A stretch of 64,000 nucleotides of DNA, from assembly GCA_030704615.1 (NCBI GenBank), contig CM060733.1, forward strand, positions 34,162,001 to 34,226,000, read 5' to 3'. Of this stretch, positions 62,354 through 64,000 are shown piece after piece; the first letter of the stretch is position 1; each line of letters begins with the position of its first letter. Made by a program: the position numbers and the translations under genes. This DNA is from Takakia lepidozioides (lineage: Eukaryota; Plantae; Bryophyta). The notes beneath the pieces were generated by a model. The model did not search any database, was not told where the DNA came from, and saw only the letters and a list, made by a program, of their open reading frames with translations.

Positions 62354-63463
62354 TTACAAGGAAGTCAAATGTGTAGAATCATACACATGGGGCCTATCTA
62401 CAAAAATGTGCATGTCAATGCTCTCAGGGCCAGTGGACTTACATAGGAAGTAGAACACAGAGATCATGATAGCATCAAACAGGTACACAAAGGAATGCAT
62501 GAATACAAGTAGGGGAGCTTCCCACATTTTGGAGAGAATGTTTTCAGACGACAGACTGGTCTTGGCGAGGATGTGATACTCAAACAAAATGTCCAATAAG
62601 GTCCCATTCACGTTGGTCACAAGGAATAACAAAAGCGCCACTTGCATTTTCCCTTTGATGATAGACATGCTCTTGACAAGGGCCCCACCACCATAGCACT
62701 CCTCTAGAACAGAGATGACATATGCCAGGTTGCACACGACATCCATATACGCGAATCCCAAAGACAATGCGAGTCCAAAAATGATGGCTCCCACAAACCC
62801 TGCTGCAATAGCGGGAGAACTCGCTGCAATGCCAGAGCCCAAGCAGAGTATCAAAAGGCTGATAAAGGCAGCTGCAAACGCCAGAAAGATTGAGCAAGAC
62901 CAGCAGAAAGTCACCATCAGGCGCTCCCACACCTTGCGAACCATACCTAGAATGGCTCCAAATGAAACTTTCTTGCCCGTATACGTGCACGCAACAATGT
63001 ACGCTACTCCTGCCTTGAACAAAGGTGAGAATATCGCAGAAATTGGCATAGCAATTACGTTGGATAATATGATCTCCGACATTCTTCCATAAAAAATCTT
63101 ATGGGACGGATTTTGGATCCTCAGCTCTGCGGCAAACTCAAGCTGTTTAGCCAGCCAGTGCATGAGAGGGATCTTTAGCAGAACATGAGAGAGAACAATA
63201 ACAGAGAGAGGGGTGGCAAGAGCTGCTGCCATTGAAGTCAACAGATTGGAATGTTTTCTAAGGATCCTGGTAGAATGTTGGAGGATGTCCAGCATTTGGA
63301 GCGACGGAGGAACTTCGGTATAGCCGGGCATCCCACAACTCTCCCTATCCTCTTTACTCTCCAAAAGCCTGTCTGCCACGTAACTTTCTCCTGCATCCTG
63401 TTCTCTTGCGTCTGATACGCTTTCCGCCATTCCCATTTCTCTTCCTTCCAAGTGCCTCTCCAT
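62354..63463 (-). CDS. Intronless plant multi-pass membrane protein of unknown function
   Basis: 369-aa ORF with about 6-7 hydrophobic helices and plant-family-like motifs (VWERLMVTFCW, LAYVISVLEECYGGGALVKS, VFYFLCKS). Confidence 0.85.
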   Translation of the reverse strand: MERHLEGREMGMAESVSDAREQDAGESYVADRLLESKEDRESCGMPGYTEVPPSLQMLDILQHSTRILRKHSNLLTSMAAALATPLSVIVLSHVLLKIPLMHWLAKQLEFAAELRIQNPSHKIFYGRMSEIILSNVIAMPISAIFSPLFKAGVAYIVACTYTGKKVSFGAILGMVRKVWERLMVTFCWSCSIFLAFAAAFISLLILCLGSGIAASSPAIAAGFVGAIIFGLALSLGFAYMDVVCNLAYVISVLEECYGGGALVKSMSIIKGKMQVALLLFLVTNVNGTLLDILFEYHILAKTSLSSENILSKMWEAPLLVFMHSFVYLFDAIMISVFYFLCKSTGPESIDMHIFVDRPHVYDSTHLTSL

Positions 63464-64000
63464 CTTGCACCTTGATCTCCAGACGCTTCCGAAACAACTA
63501 CCAAGGAGTAAAGTTTCTCATGTCTCTAGATCCTCAAAGCAGAACCCACCTTCCAAAATCAGATCAATGCACAACACACTGCAGATATCCCTCTCTTCGA
63601 TCAAACCCACCTTCGTCTCCTCCAAACGGAAGATCCTTGACAAGCTCCTCGTGCAATAATGTGAGCGGGCATCAAGCGGGTCAACACGTCAACACTGGCA
63701 CCGTCACGAGAGAGCTCCGAGAGGCCTTACAACCCTAATTGCTAACGTACGAGGCATCTCACTACACACTATGTACGTACAAAGTACTACTATACATTAC
63801 ATATTGCACAACTGGGCTGAATTTCTACATTCAACACAATTTATAACTTATTTTCTTCATATCCATTTAGCTTATTGTTGGCTCTGCTTTATTGGCAGAC
63901 TTTGCGGAGACATGCAAGTAAATGGAGAGAATGTGGTCAAAGGACCTTACACTGTGTCAAGGCTCTGATTGGTGTGTTGTGCTGAGTCATGCTGCCTAGT

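Overview
Land-plant nuclear DNA. It is probably from a bryophyte: the class-B ARF is moss-like and there is a long PLS-type PPR gene (inference). Host genes: an intronless PLS-E PPR gene (1.3-4.4 kb, +), a 14-exon class-B auxin response factor (17.3-22.5 kb, +), an intronless BTB/POZ gene (31.1-31.8 kb, +), a 4-exon plastid-type GNAT acetyltransferase (56.3-60.1 kb, -) and an intronless multi-pass membrane protein gene (62.4-63.5 kb, -). Between them lies a nested transposon field: an endonuclease-less L1-type LINE inside a TA-flanked MITE, a chromodomain Ty3/gypsy element (33.9-40.8 kb, -), hAT, Tourist and mariner-type MITEs, and SINEs. The standout is a second Ty3/gypsy element (about 40.8-49.7 kb, +). 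Its polyprotein reads gag(2x CCHC)-protease-DNMT3-like C5 cytosine methyltransferase-RT-RNase H-integrase-PHD finger, so it encodes its own DNA-methylation writer and histone reader. This copy is decayed (frameshifts, TAG stops, no visible 5' LTR). All coordinates were read by eye and no database searches were run.
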